Shown here piece after piece: positions 9,556 through 17,651 of a DNA stretch of 64,000 nt. The DNA comes from Candidatus Thiodiazotropha sp. (GTDB taxonomy: Bacteria > Pseudomonadota > Gammaproteobacteria > Chromatiales > Chromatiaceae). Both the position numbers and the translations under genes were made by a program. The notes under the pieces are model-generated. The model saw only the letters and a program-made list of their open reading frames with translations, was not told the origin of the DNA and searched no databases. Position 1 is the stretch's first letter, and each line of letters opens with the position of its first letter. The DNA lies in the NCBI GenBank assembly GCA_040507225.1, contig JBEVVG010000001.1, positions 337,054 to 401,053 of the forward strand, given 5' to 3'.

Positions 9556-9637
9556 GGAACACTTCTCTTGTTTTGCTAGGGTGTAAACAGTCAAAAGGGG
9601 CTCGGCTGACTGACATCTGACAGCGCGAACCCCTCAA

Positions 9638-9658
9638 GGTTGATCTCGGGGATCAACC
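9638..9658 (-). other. 8-bp stem hairpin between rnfB and the PFOR gene
   Basis: ggttgatc-tcggg-gatcaacc, with no U-tract. Confidence 0.4.
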
Positions 9659-9659
9659 C

Positions 9660-10538
9660 TTACATGGGTAGGGCTTCACTGCGAATAATCCGTTTGGCCT
9701 GGGATCCTTTGAGCACGCCCTGTACATCGTCGAGCCACACGATGGCTCCGGTCGGACAACGTTCGGTGGCGACCCGTGAGGCCAATCCATTCTTACTGTA
9801 GTCGATAACCGCCAGGTTGTTTTGGATTGTGATCAGGCCCTCGGGAGAGTCCTTCGCGCATCGCTCGCAGGCGGTGCAGGCGACCTCGCAATCATTCTCC
9901 GCGGTATCGCCATGCTCCAGGTTTTTGCAGGCCACCCACAAGCGGTGGTCGGCGGGTTGAATGGAGAACAATCCTTTCGGGCAGACGTCCACACAATCCT
10001 CGCAGGCGGTACATTTGCTGGCATCCACGACCGGCAGGCCATGACGGTCCATGCTGATGGCATCGAACTCACAGACTTCCGCGCAGTCGGCCAGGCCGAT
10101 ACAGCCCCAGGTGCAGCCTTTCGGCCCTCCAGAGACCACCGCGGCAGCCCGGCAGGAGGCGAGACCGTCGTAGTGGGCCTTCATGCGCGCCACGTGACTG
10201 CCGCCGGCACAGGCCAGGCGGGCCACCCGCTTGATCACGCTGCCGCTGTCGACGCCCAGGTAGTCGGCGATTTCAGTGATGGCATCGGAACTGCTGACGG
10301 TGCATTGGGCGGGAGTCACCTTGCCGGCAATCAGCGCCTCGGCGAAGGGTCGGCAACCGGCGTTGCCGCAGGCGCCGCAGTTGGTGGCGGGCAACATACT
10401 CTCGATGGCGTCGATGCGCGGGTCCTCGAATACCCAGAGCTTCTTGTTGGCGAACGCCAACAGGGAGGAGAGCAACAAACCGAGCACGCCCATGAATAGG
10501 ATGGCGCTTGATACATTGAGAGCAATATCTATATCCAT
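9660..10538 (-). CDS. rnfB: Rnf complex subunit B (long poly-ferredoxin form)
   Basis: 292 aa with an N-terminal membrane anchor, the CGACGNAGC motif and several further Cys clusters (CTWGCIGLADCAEVC, CTACEDCVDVCP, CEVACTACERC, CPTG). Confidence 0.85.
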   Translation of the reverse strand: MDIDIALNVSSAILFMGVLGLLLSSLLAFANKKLWVFEDPRIDAIESMLPATNCGACGNAGCRPFAEALIAGKVTPAQCTVSSSDAITEIADYLGVDSGSVIKRVARLACAGGSHVARMKAHYDGLASCRAAAVVSGGPKGCTWGCIGLADCAEVCEFDAISMDRHGLPVVDASKCTACEDCVDVCPKGLFSIQPADHRLWVACKNLEHGDTAENDCEVACTACERCAKDSPEGLITIQNNLAVIDYSKNGLASRVATERCPTGAIVWLDDVQGVLKGSQAKRIIRSEALPM

Positions 10539-11008
10539 TCCGTCACCTGCGATTCATGAACACTTCACGAAAGTGAAACCTCACTAAGTGTAATGTTGAC
10601 GCTAGTATTGATCTACGGAATGGAGTCAATAGAAAGTATTGAATTTTGTAAGTAAAAGGAATCCGCTTCACATGCCTTCGGTCGTTGCGCGAAATGTCCT
10701 GCGGAGATGGAGCGGCCAAGCCGCACTCCGCATATTAATACAGGTATAGACGGTGATTGCCAAGCTACAAGTCTCCCGAATGGGGGATAGGGTTTAGAAA
10801 AGCGCATGTCCGGTCTTTTCTCCTGAGGCAGAATTTGTCCCCGCCAGCCGACAAGGCATCTGAGCGGCCGGCGGTTGCCGATTTCGAACCAGCCTCTTAC
10901 GAGTTGTTACAAGCTGTTTCTGTTCATCCCGGGGGACTCCGCCCGGCGCGTATAATGTTCAATAGCATCCGCGATTCGTGCTGGATGAGACAAGGGAGAT
11001 GATCCGTC

Positions 11009-12274
11009 ATGAAACCGAAATTGCGTCCACTGTCCCATGCCCTGTCCCTGATCACCCTGACAGGCCTGGCGCTGGCACCTGCTCTTGTGACGGCTGGGGA
11101 ATCATCGGCAAGCACCTTCAAAAAGCCGGGTTTTTATTCGCAGGACTTCCGATTGCTGCCGGAAATCGCCGTAATGGGTTACTACGATGACAACATCTAT
11201 GCGACCAATCGGGCACGGGAGTCCGATTTCATCACCCAGGTTACTCCCAGCCTGAGTGTCGACTCATTGTGGGACAGACACAGACTGGCGGTCGACGCCG
11301 GGGCGCGGTTGGGACGTTATGCGGATGCCACATCAGAAGACTATGACGATTTCTGGTTGAGCGGTGACGGAGACTATGAGATCGACGGGATCGACAAACT
11401 CTACGTCAGCGGCGGCTACAGCCGCAATCATGAGGGCCGGGACTCCAAGGAATCCGGCAGTCTGCAGATCGACGAGCCCACTACCTACGATGTGCTCGAG
11501 GGCCAATTGGGTTGGCATCGGCAGGCGGACCGTTCCTCGGTTAAGTTGGGGCTCACCTTTGAACAACTCGATTACGACAATGTGGGAAGTCTTTACAATG
11601 ATGACCGCGATCGGGATGTGAGCGGTTTGGGACTGCGTTTGAGCCACGACTATTCCGCGGATTTCCAACTCTACGCTCAGGGCGTGATCAACCGGCGGGA
11701 CTACGTGGATGAACTTGATCAGTACGGATATGCCAAGGATTCCCAGGGTTTCAACGGGCTGATCGGCCTGACGCGCCGTTTCTCGAAGGCGAATCGTATC
11801 GATGCCTACATCGGACGTTTCTACCAGGACTACGAGGATTCACGATTCGATGAGGTCAATGATTGGAACTATGGCGTGGATCTGCGATGGTATCCGGTCG
11901 CCAGCACCCAATTTAAAGCGCAACTCGAACGTACCCAGAACGAAACCACGGAAATCGGTTCCTCCAGCTATCTCTACACTGCCTGGGATTTTCAGCTTGA
12001 CCAGAAACTGGCCAGCAACACGGTCGGATATGTGGGTTTCAATTACGCGATCGCCGAATTCCAGGACGTCGGACGGGAGGACAAGACCCAGTCCCTGAGT
12101 CTGGGGATGAAATATTATGCCAATCCCTGGGTCATGCTGAGCGGCGGCTTCCGCAGAGTCGATAATGATTCCAATGACGTGAACAAGGTTTCGCCGATCC
12201 GGGACAGCTATGACTTCAAGCAGAACATGGTGTTTCTGAATCTGCAGGCGCGCCTGGCGCCCAAAGCGCCCTGA
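11009..12274 (+). CDS. Outer-membrane beta-barrel protein (PF10082 / putative beta-barrel porin-2-like)
   Basis: 421 aa with a signal peptide (...LTGLALAPALVTAGES). The GYYDDNIYATN motif and the alternating D/Y/G-rich strand pattern resemble that family. The family assignment is from memory. Confidence 0.6.
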   Translation: MKPKLRPLSHALSLITLTGLALAPALVTAGESSASTFKKPGFYSQDFRLLPEIAVMGYYDDNIYATNRARESDFITQVTPSLSVDSLWDRHRLAVDAGARLGRYADATSEDYDDFWLSGDGDYEIDGIDKLYVSGGYSRNHEGRDSKESGSLQIDEPTTYDVLEGQLGWHRQADRSSVKLGLTFEQLDYDNVGSLYNDDRDRDVSGLGLRLSHDYSADFQLYAQGVINRRDYVDELDQYGYAKDSQGFNGLIGLTRRFSKANRIDAYIGRFYQDYEDSRFDEVNDWNYGVDLRWYPVASTQFKAQLERTQNETTEIGSSSYLYTAWDFQLDQKLASNTVGYVGFNYAIAEFQDVGREDKTQSLSLGMKYYANPWVMLSGGFRRVDNDSNDVNKVSPIRDSYDFKQNMVFLNLQARLAPKAP

Positions 12275-12370
12275 GCACCTGGCAAATCCATGCCCGGGTA
12301 GTTTCGTTCCAGGGCCTAGGGTTGGATGGGTGGATGCGGCGCCAACAAGATAACACCCGATGGTGTTGGG

Positions 12371-12398
12371 CGGCCGGGTTACTAACGGCCGGGTTACT
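12371..12398. repeat. 13-nt tandem direct repeat (period 15) between convergent genes
   Basis: cggccgggttact occurs at 12371-12383 and 12386-12398. Confidence 0.7.
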
Positions 12399-12439
12399 CA
12401 CCAGACACCAAGTCGATGAACCGGTACCGGGTGGGCTCC

Positions 12440-12769
12440 TCAGCGATTGCGACCGCCGGGACCGTTACCGCCGCCTCCAGGGCCGTTGCCCCCGCCTGGT
12501 CCCTGAGCGGCGCCTCCGTTGGCCGAACTGGAGCCCCGGTTCTGGGAAGCACGATGACGAGACTCGTAGCCCATCCCGAACCAGGTCCAATCCCCATTTC
12601 TGTCCTCATCCTGCTGCTGCCAGTCCTCCTGCCAGCTTTGCATGTTGTCCTGAGTGTCGGACGGGGGAGTCTGCAGGGCCGGGTTTTCGGGTTCGTCGGC
12701 AGCCCGCAGGCCGCCGACATGCAGCAACATGGTTCCTATCAGAATGATTTGAATGACCCGGCTGTACAT
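12440..12769 (-). CDS. Secreted low-complexity protein (acidic/Gln/Trp-rich, Gly-Asn-Pro tail), paralogue of the upstream gene
   Basis: 109 aa with a signal-peptide-like N-terminus (MYSRVIQIILIGTMLLHVGGLRAA). Contains WQEDWQQQDEDRNGDWTWFGMGYESR and ends in GGGNGPGGGGNGPGGRNR. It shares its architecture with 12825-13448. The SD is weak, so confidence is moderate. Confidence 0.55.
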   Translation of the reverse strand: MYSRVIQIILIGTMLLHVGGLRAADEPENPALQTPPSDTQDNMQSWQEDWQQQDEDRNGDWTWFGMGYESRHRASQNRGSSSANGGAAQGPGGGNGPGGGGNGPGGRNR

Positions 12770-12824
12770 ACCCGTTTGGTTCCGAAATGCTCTACTGCAG
12801 TTCAGGACACGACATCAAAGGCGG

Positions 12825-13448
12825 TTAACGCCGACCGTTGCCACTGCCGCCGCCGTGTCCACCGCTCTGGGCGCCACCCTGGCTCATACCGGCGCTGGCT
12901 GATCCGCCACTGCCGCGACTGTTGGCTCCCATGCTGCGATACATTGAACCACTGGTGCTGAAACCCTGTCCAGCCGAGCGGTTGCCAAACTGGTAAGGAT
13001 CCTCGAATCCGCTCTCATCGCGGTCATCGACACTCAGACGATCCCGGTCGCGTTGGCGAATCTGCTCATAGTCGGGACTCTGATCCTGTTGCTGATCCTG
13101 GTCCCGGGTCCGGTCCCGATTCTGGCTGGGCGTGTGATCCGTGGCCAGGGCCGGGTCTCCGACCGCCGAAGTCCCGTCATCGCCGCTGGAGACATCCCCT
13201 GCAGATTCCAGACGGGTGCGCTGTGCCTGGGCGTCTTCATTTTCTCCCACCCGGTGTCTCAGGCGCTGAGATTCCCCGGCATTGCGAAACATCTGCTGAG
13301 TCCCGCTGGCGGGTTCGGGTGATTCGACCACTGTTTCATCGGGGGTTTCCGGTACACTGGTCTCCTCCGGCCAGGCCTGTCCACTGACCAGGGGGAGGGT
13401 CATGGCGAGTGCCATGGAAAGGTGCAATACTTTGCGTGATGTTTTCAT
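12825..13448 (-). CDS. Secreted intrinsically disordered D/Q/R/S/G-rich protein
   Basis: 207 aa. An AGGAG SD lies 8 nt upstream of the ATG. Clear signal peptide (MKTSRKVLHLSMALAMTLPLVSGQA). No recognisable enzymatic domain. C-terminal tail is ...GGAQSGGHGGGSGNGRR. Confidence 0.65.
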   Translation of the reverse strand: MKTSRKVLHLSMALAMTLPLVSGQAWPEETSVPETPDETVVESPEPASGTQQMFRNAGESQRLRHRVGENEDAQAQRTRLESAGDVSSGDDGTSAVGDPALATDHTPSQNRDRTRDQDQQQDQSPDYEQIRQRDRDRLSVDDRDESGFEDPYQFGNRSAGQGFSTSGSMYRSMGANSRGSGGSASAGMSQGGAQSGGHGGGSGNGRR

Positions 13449-13537
13449 CTTGGTGCTCCTGTTCGAGTCTTTCTGTTTGCCTCACTTACAGCCTAGAAGC
13501 CGGCTATTTCCGGGAGATTTCCGTGAGGGGGCCAAGT

Positions 13538-13553
13538 GTTACAGGTTGTTTCA
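13538..13553. promoter_or_regulatory. Candidate OmpR-family operator: GTTACA-n4-GTTTCA direct half-sites 10 bp apart
   Basis: gtGTTACAggttGTTTCAcc sits in the 180-bp divergent region between the 207-aa gene and the response regulator. The half-sites resemble the GTTACA/GAAACA elements in E. coli OmpR sites. Confidence 0.35.
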
Positions 13554-13628
13554 CCTGTCTTGTGGAGAAACTGCCAGGGCGCTTAACCTGAAGCCTGACT
13601 TCACATGCGTGCAAACCCATGAGCCGAA

Positions 13629-14354
13629 ATGGATAAACACAAGATTCTGGTGGTGGACGATGATCCCAAGCTGCTGGATCTGGTCATCAAGTTCCTGACC
13701 CGGGAGGGGTTTCAGGTGGCGGGTGTCGGCAGCGGCCAGGCGATGGATCAGTATCTGGTGCAGCATCCGGTCCACCTCATCGTTCTGGATCTGATGTTGC
13801 CGGGGGAGGATGGCCTGTCCATTGCCCGGCGCCTGCGGGCCAACGGGAGTATTCCGATCCTCATGCTCTCCGCCCGGGGCGAGGATATCGACCGTATCAT
13901 CGGTCTCGAGGTTGGGGCGGATGACTATCTTGCCAAACCGTTCAATCCCCGGGAACTCTCGGCCCGGGTCAGGGCAATACTCCGGCGCACCGAGGAGCTG
14001 AATCAGAATCCCGTCAACAGTGGTGCCGGTGGGACCTCGGGTCAGTACCGGTTTGGTGACTACCTGGTCAATCTGACCACCCAATCGATTTCACGCGACG
14101 GGGAGGCGGTGGGTTTGACCGCCGGGGAGTTTTCCCTCCTGGAGGCTTTCGTCAAGCATCCCAACCGGGTCCTGAGTCGTGACCATTTGATCGAGTTGAT
14201 AAAGGGTTACGAGCGTTCCCCCTTCGATCGGAGCATCGATGTCAGGGTCACCCGATTACGCAGAAAACTGGAAAGCAACCCGGATCAGCCCCAGTTTATC
14301 CGCACGGTCTGGGGACGTGGATACATCTTCACTCCCCAGGGTAGCCAGGTGTGA
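13629..14354 (+). CDS. ompR: OmpR-family (OmpR-like) response regulator
   Basis: 241 aa. KILVVDDD...LDLMLPGEDGLSI.RRLR...GADDYL.KPFNPRELSARVRAILRR and the C-terminal ...SIDV.V.RLRRKLE..P..P.FI.TVWG.GY.F are collinear with E. coli OmpR along the whole length. Confidence 0.85.
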   Translation: MDKHKILVVDDDPKLLDLVIKFLTREGFQVAGVGSGQAMDQYLVQHPVHLIVLDLMLPGEDGLSIARRLRANGSIPILMLSARGEDIDRIIGLEVGADDYLAKPFNPRELSARVRAILRRTEELNQNPVNSGAGGTSGQYRFGDYLVNLTTQSISRDGEAVGLTAGEFSLLEAFVKHPNRVLSRDHLIELIKGYERSPFDRSIDVRVTRLRRKLESNPDQPQFIRTVWGRGYIFTPQGSQV

Positions 14355-15661
14355 CCGGCAGGCAGTCCGGGAGCACGCTTTTCGGTCGTACTGCGACCGC
14401 CTTCAGCCTCGCGTTTCTACTCTTCTCGGTATTTTCCCTGGCACTGGTGGTGGCCTTCGTTACACTGCCGTTGACCCAGAGGGTCGCCAACGATCTCTCG
14501 GCCCTGGCAGTGCTGACCGCGCAGATCTGGGTGGAGCTGCCCCCGGGTACACGTCCCGATTTCGAACGCGAGATGCGCACCCATCACGATATGAGCATCG
14601 GCCTGACTCAGGGCGGACTCACCCAGGAAACGGATCCCGCCTTCTACCTGAGCGATTTCCTGCAGGCGTTACAGGAGCGAACCGGCGAGCCTCATCAGCT
14701 GTATGTCGATCCGGGCAGGCCCGAGTGGCGCTGGGTGGACATCCGCATGGGTGGCCGGTCACTCAAGGTCGGTTTTGACAAACGGCGCTTTATGTCGCGG
14801 ATACCCCTGACTCTGATCCTGATGGTTGTGGCGGGCACCTTGATTGCGGTGCTGACCTCCCTGTTGATCGTCAAGCGAATCACCCAACCCATCGCCGCAT
14901 TGGCGCAGGCCTCCGCGCGTATCGGGGAGGGACGGCGTGGACCGCCCCTGATTGAGCAGGGAGCCCGGGAACTGCGTGATCTGACCCGGGCCTTCAACCA
15001 GATGGAGCAACGTCTCCACGTCTTGATGGAAAACCGCACCGTGCTGCTGGCCGGCATTTCCCATGACCTTCGGACACCCATCGCACGCATGCAACTGGAA
15101 CTGGAACTGCTCAGCGGAGATGACGATGAAGAGCTGAGAAAGGGCCTGCAGGAAGACCTGAGGGAAATGAACCAGATCATCTCCGCCACTCTCCAGCTTT
15201 CCGAGGGGATATCCGATGAAGTGACCGAACAGGTTGAACTCTGTGAGTTGCTGAATGCGATCCTGTCGGAGTATCAGCGTCAGGGCGATGCGGTGGTTCT
15301 GAGGCCCTGCCTGCCGGTGCACCGGGATCTTCCGGTAATGGCGTTTCGCCGGGTGCTGCACAACCTGATCGACAACGCAATTCGCTATAGTGGGTCTCAA
15401 CCGGTCTGGTTGACCTGTATATCCGGCGCGGATGGCCGCTTGAGCCTGACCATTGTCGACCGGGGACCGGGGATACCCGTCGAGCAGCGGGAGACCATCC
15501 TGCAACCCTTCAAGAGACTCGAGGAGTCGCGAAGCCGGACCTCCGGAGGGAGCGGTTTGGGACTGGCGATCGTCGACCAACTCTGCCGCATGAATGGCTG
15601 GCGACTCAGTTTTACAGACGCCGAGGGCGGTGGGACAGAGGCCCGTCTGGACCTGACCTGA
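14351..15661 (+). CDS. envZ: EnvZ-like sensor histidine kinase
   Basis: 436 aa with two TM segments, a HAMP domain, the H-box LLAGISHDLRTPIARMQL and N/G boxes (NLIDNAIRY, GSGLGLAIV). GTGA start/stop overlap with the regulator gene. ...PPLIEQGARELRDLTRAFNQM parallels EnvZ ...PPLREYGASEVRSVTRAFNHM. Confidence 0.8.
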   Translation: MTGRQSGSTLFGRTATAFSLAFLLFSVFSLALVVAFVTLPLTQRVANDLSALAVLTAQIWVELPPGTRPDFEREMRTHHDMSIGLTQGGLTQETDPAFYLSDFLQALQERTGEPHQLYVDPGRPEWRWVDIRMGGRSLKVGFDKRRFMSRIPLTLILMVVAGTLIAVLTSLLIVKRITQPIAALAQASARIGEGRRGPPLIEQGARELRDLTRAFNQMEQRLHVLMENRTVLLAGISHDLRTPIARMQLELELLSGDDDEELRKGLQEDLREMNQIISATLQLSEGISDEVTEQVELCELLNAILSEYQRQGDAVVLRPCLPVHRDLPVMAFRRVLHNLIDNAIRYSGSQPVWLTCISGADGRLSLTIVDRGPGIPVEQRETILQPFKRLEESRSRTSGGSGLGLAIVDQLCRMNGWRLSFTDAEGGGTEARLDLT

Positions 15662-15788
15662 AGCCCGGCAGGCCTGAATGCGTGATTATGTGAATTCCGT
15701 TCATTATTTTCGGACTTGATATAATATTAGAGGGATAACAATGGGTTAACTGCGCTGATGGGCCTGCCGTCAACCCCTCTCATGCACG

Positions 15789-15847
15789 GTTTTCAGTCGT
15801 TTGTTTCAATTGTTTCAGATCGACGTTTCAGGGAAACCCCTTGAAAC
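15789..15847 (+). promoter_or_regulatory. Cluster of GTTTCA hexamers upstream of the DUF2202 gene
   Basis: GTTTTCA at 15789-95. GTTTCA at 15803-08, 15812-17 and 15825-30. Inverted TGAAAC at 15842-47. The cluster lies 110-170 bp upstream of the ATG at 15958. Confidence 0.35.
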
Positions 15848-15957
15848 AGTATCTCGCCAGCCACTGAGTATCATTTTCAGTATTGGGCAACCTGTCCTGC
15901 CACTCCGCCTGGAATACCGGGTGGAACCTCAACCCTGAATCAACTGGAGCACACCTC

Positions 15958-16668
15958 ATGAACTGGCGCTTTACTGCCACCCTGGCATTGATCTTCATCA
16001 CTTTCGTCCTGTTGGCACAGGAGGCCGCAGCTGGCCAGGGATCGTCTCAACATCATCGCCAGGAGGCCGACAGCCGTGTACGGGCCGGTGAGGCGCTCGA
16101 TTTCAACGAGGAAACCCATCTGGTGTTCATGCGCGAGGAGGAGAAGCTCGCACGGGATGTCTATACGACCCTGGGCATGATGTATCCCGATTCCAGCGTG
16201 TTTGGACGTATCGATGACTCAGAACAGCGCCACACCGATGCAGTCCGGGAGATGCTGGCGAATTACGGTGTGGCCGATCCCAGCACCAACGACAACACCG
16301 GAGTGTTCACCGGGGAGGAATACGGTGCCTATTTCCAGGACAAATACGATGCCCTGATCAACCAGGCCGCTTCCGGGGAACTCAGCGCGCTGTATGTCGG
16401 GGCCTTGATTGAAGAACTCGACATGCTGGATATCCGACGCTGTCCCGAGGTGATCCTGTCCCAGGACAACGACATAGATCGTGAGGACCAATGCGGCCTG
16501 GATTACACCGACGAGCCGGACATTCAGCGACTGTATGAATCCCTGCTCGAGGGGTCGGAGAACCATCTTCGGGGATACGTGGCGGCCATTGAGACGATCA
16601 TCGGTGAAGGGGCCTACGTCCCGCAACTCCTGGACGCGGTCACCTTTGAGGTCATCGTCCGTCAATAA
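15958..16668 (+). CDS. Periplasmic ferritin-like DUF2202 protein
   Basis: Start moved to the ATG at 15958 (GGAG 8 nt upstream). Signal peptide MNWRFTATLALIFITFVLLAQEAAAG. MREEEKLARDVY is the DUF2202 signature. ExxH motifs are SEQRH and SENH. Confidence 0.75.
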   Translation: MNWRFTATLALIFITFVLLAQEAAAGQGSSQHHRQEADSRVRAGEALDFNEETHLVFMREEEKLARDVYTTLGMMYPDSSVFGRIDDSEQRHTDAVREMLANYGVADPSTNDNTGVFTGEEYGAYFQDKYDALINQAASGELSALYVGALIEELDMLDIRRCPEVILSQDNDIDREDQCGLDYTDEPDIQRLYESLLEGSENHLRGYVAAIETIIGEGAYVPQLLDAVTFEVIVRQ

Positions 16669-16679
16669 TGCCTGATCGG

Positions 16680-16701
16680 GGCGGGTCCTGTGTGACCCGC
16701 C
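16680..16701. terminator. Hairpin between convergent genes (possible bidirectional terminator)
   Basis: ggcgggtc-ctgtgt-gacccgcc, with no clear T-tract. Confidence 0.4.
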
Positions 16702-16704
16702 ACG

Positions 16705-17331
16705 TCAGAAGGGCCAGAGACTCCAGCCCTGCTCCAGTTTGTCGCGGCATTCGGCGATCTGCGCCCGGTATCGTTTGGCGTTCTGGTCCACCTTGCGCGC
16801 CACCTTCACCAGCCAGGTCTTGTTCTTGTAACTGCCCCGTTTGTAGCCTCCCTGACCTTCGTGGTAGGCCAGATACTGGTTGTAGGCGTCCCACTTGGAG
16901 ATGCCCAGCTTGCGATGGGACTGGAACACGTACCAGCCGATGAAATCCACGGCATCCTCGAAATCGTCCCGGTCTGCCCAGCGGTTACCGGTATCACTCC
17001 GGTACCAGTCCCAGGTGGAGTCCTTGACCTGGGCATAGCCGTAGGCGGAGGACTTTCGAAACCAGGGGATGAACCAGAAGAGTTTTTCCCGTGGCGGTTT
17101 CGCATCATGCTTGAAACGGGATTCCTGGTGAATGATCGCCAGTTGAACGTGGATCGGCACGCCCCATTTCTCGAAGCTGTCCTGTGCCGCCTCATACCAG
17201 TCGTCCTTCTCCTCAAGGATCGAACAGGCGTCAGCGGTATTTTTGGGCGGAGAGCTGCTACAGGCCGTAATGACCAACAATATACATGAGAAGAGTAAGC
17301 TAACTCGCCAGTTTACAGTCAATTTCGCCAT
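16705..17331 (-). CDS. Lipoprotein with a transglycosylase SLT domain
   Basis: 208 aa with a lipobox (LLVITAC). AIIHQESRFK (catalytic Glu-Ser) and AYGYAQV motifs. Confidence 0.75.
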   Translation of the reverse strand: MAKLTVNWRVSLLFSCILLVITACSSSPPKNTADACSILEEKDDWYEAAQDSFEKWGVPIHVQLAIIHQESRFKHDAKPPREKLFWFIPWFRKSSAYGYAQVKDSTWDWYRSDTGNRWADRDDFEDAVDFIGWYVFQSHRKLGISKWDAYNQYLAYHEGQGGYKRGSYKNKTWLVKVARKVDQNAKRYRAQIAECRDKLEQGWSLWPF

Positions 17332-17651
17332 GACAAGAGTTTACATCAGGTGGCGGTGGGTACAATCTTCTGCGACGCTTTTGATCCCGATCGGATTGAG
17401 CTCAGCCGGGTATCCGGGCTTGCGGCTGCGGGTAAGGAATAGATCAGGGACGACTTATGACGGCTTTTCAGTATAATAGCGCCGGTTTTGACCGAGGACC
17501 GGGCCCTCTGACGCGGGTGACGGGAACCCCTGATGCCCATCCGACCCGGATGCGATTCCAGGAATCCTGAGATCCGCACGTTCGGCGCGACTCGAAACAC
17601 TGAACAATACGACGAGAAAAAACAACTCTTTCTAATTATTAGGAGCGATCA

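Noticed and set aside
3373-9579. Long plus-strand ORFs (675 aa at 3373-5400, 327 aa at 5965-6948, 620 aa at 7717-9579) antisense to rnfC and the PFOR gene.
   Set aside because: They are shadow ORFs opposite strongly conserved genes. Their products are low-complexity (G/R/H/V/L-rich) and lack starts with SD sequences.
4618-9594. The possibility that the 1658-codon ORF is an artefactual fusion of PFOR with a separate downstream ferredoxin gene.
   Set aside because: The frame is continuous through a plausible flexible linker, with no stop, SD or start signal at the junction. An assembly error cannot be excluded without reads, so the tethered ferredoxin is kept as a finding with that caveat.
12322-12961. 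Plus-strand ORFs (141 aa and 181 aa) overlapping the two low-complexity secreted-protein genes.
   Set aside because: GGN/CCN-rich DNA is open on both strands. Only the minus-strand products have signal peptides, a good SD (for the 207-aa gene) and a shared paralogous architecture. Some residual uncertainty remains for the 109-aa gene.
17470-17651. A perfect TATAAT at about 17473 followed by a GC-rich leader of about 170 nt before adk. I considered a riboswitch or small RNA (4.5S, 6S, ZTP).
   Set aside because: I could not match it to any conserved core I remember for those RNAs, and there is no convincing -35 element or terminator. It is probably just the divergent promoter region of adk and the SLT lipoprotein gene. 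An Rfam/cmscan search would settle it.
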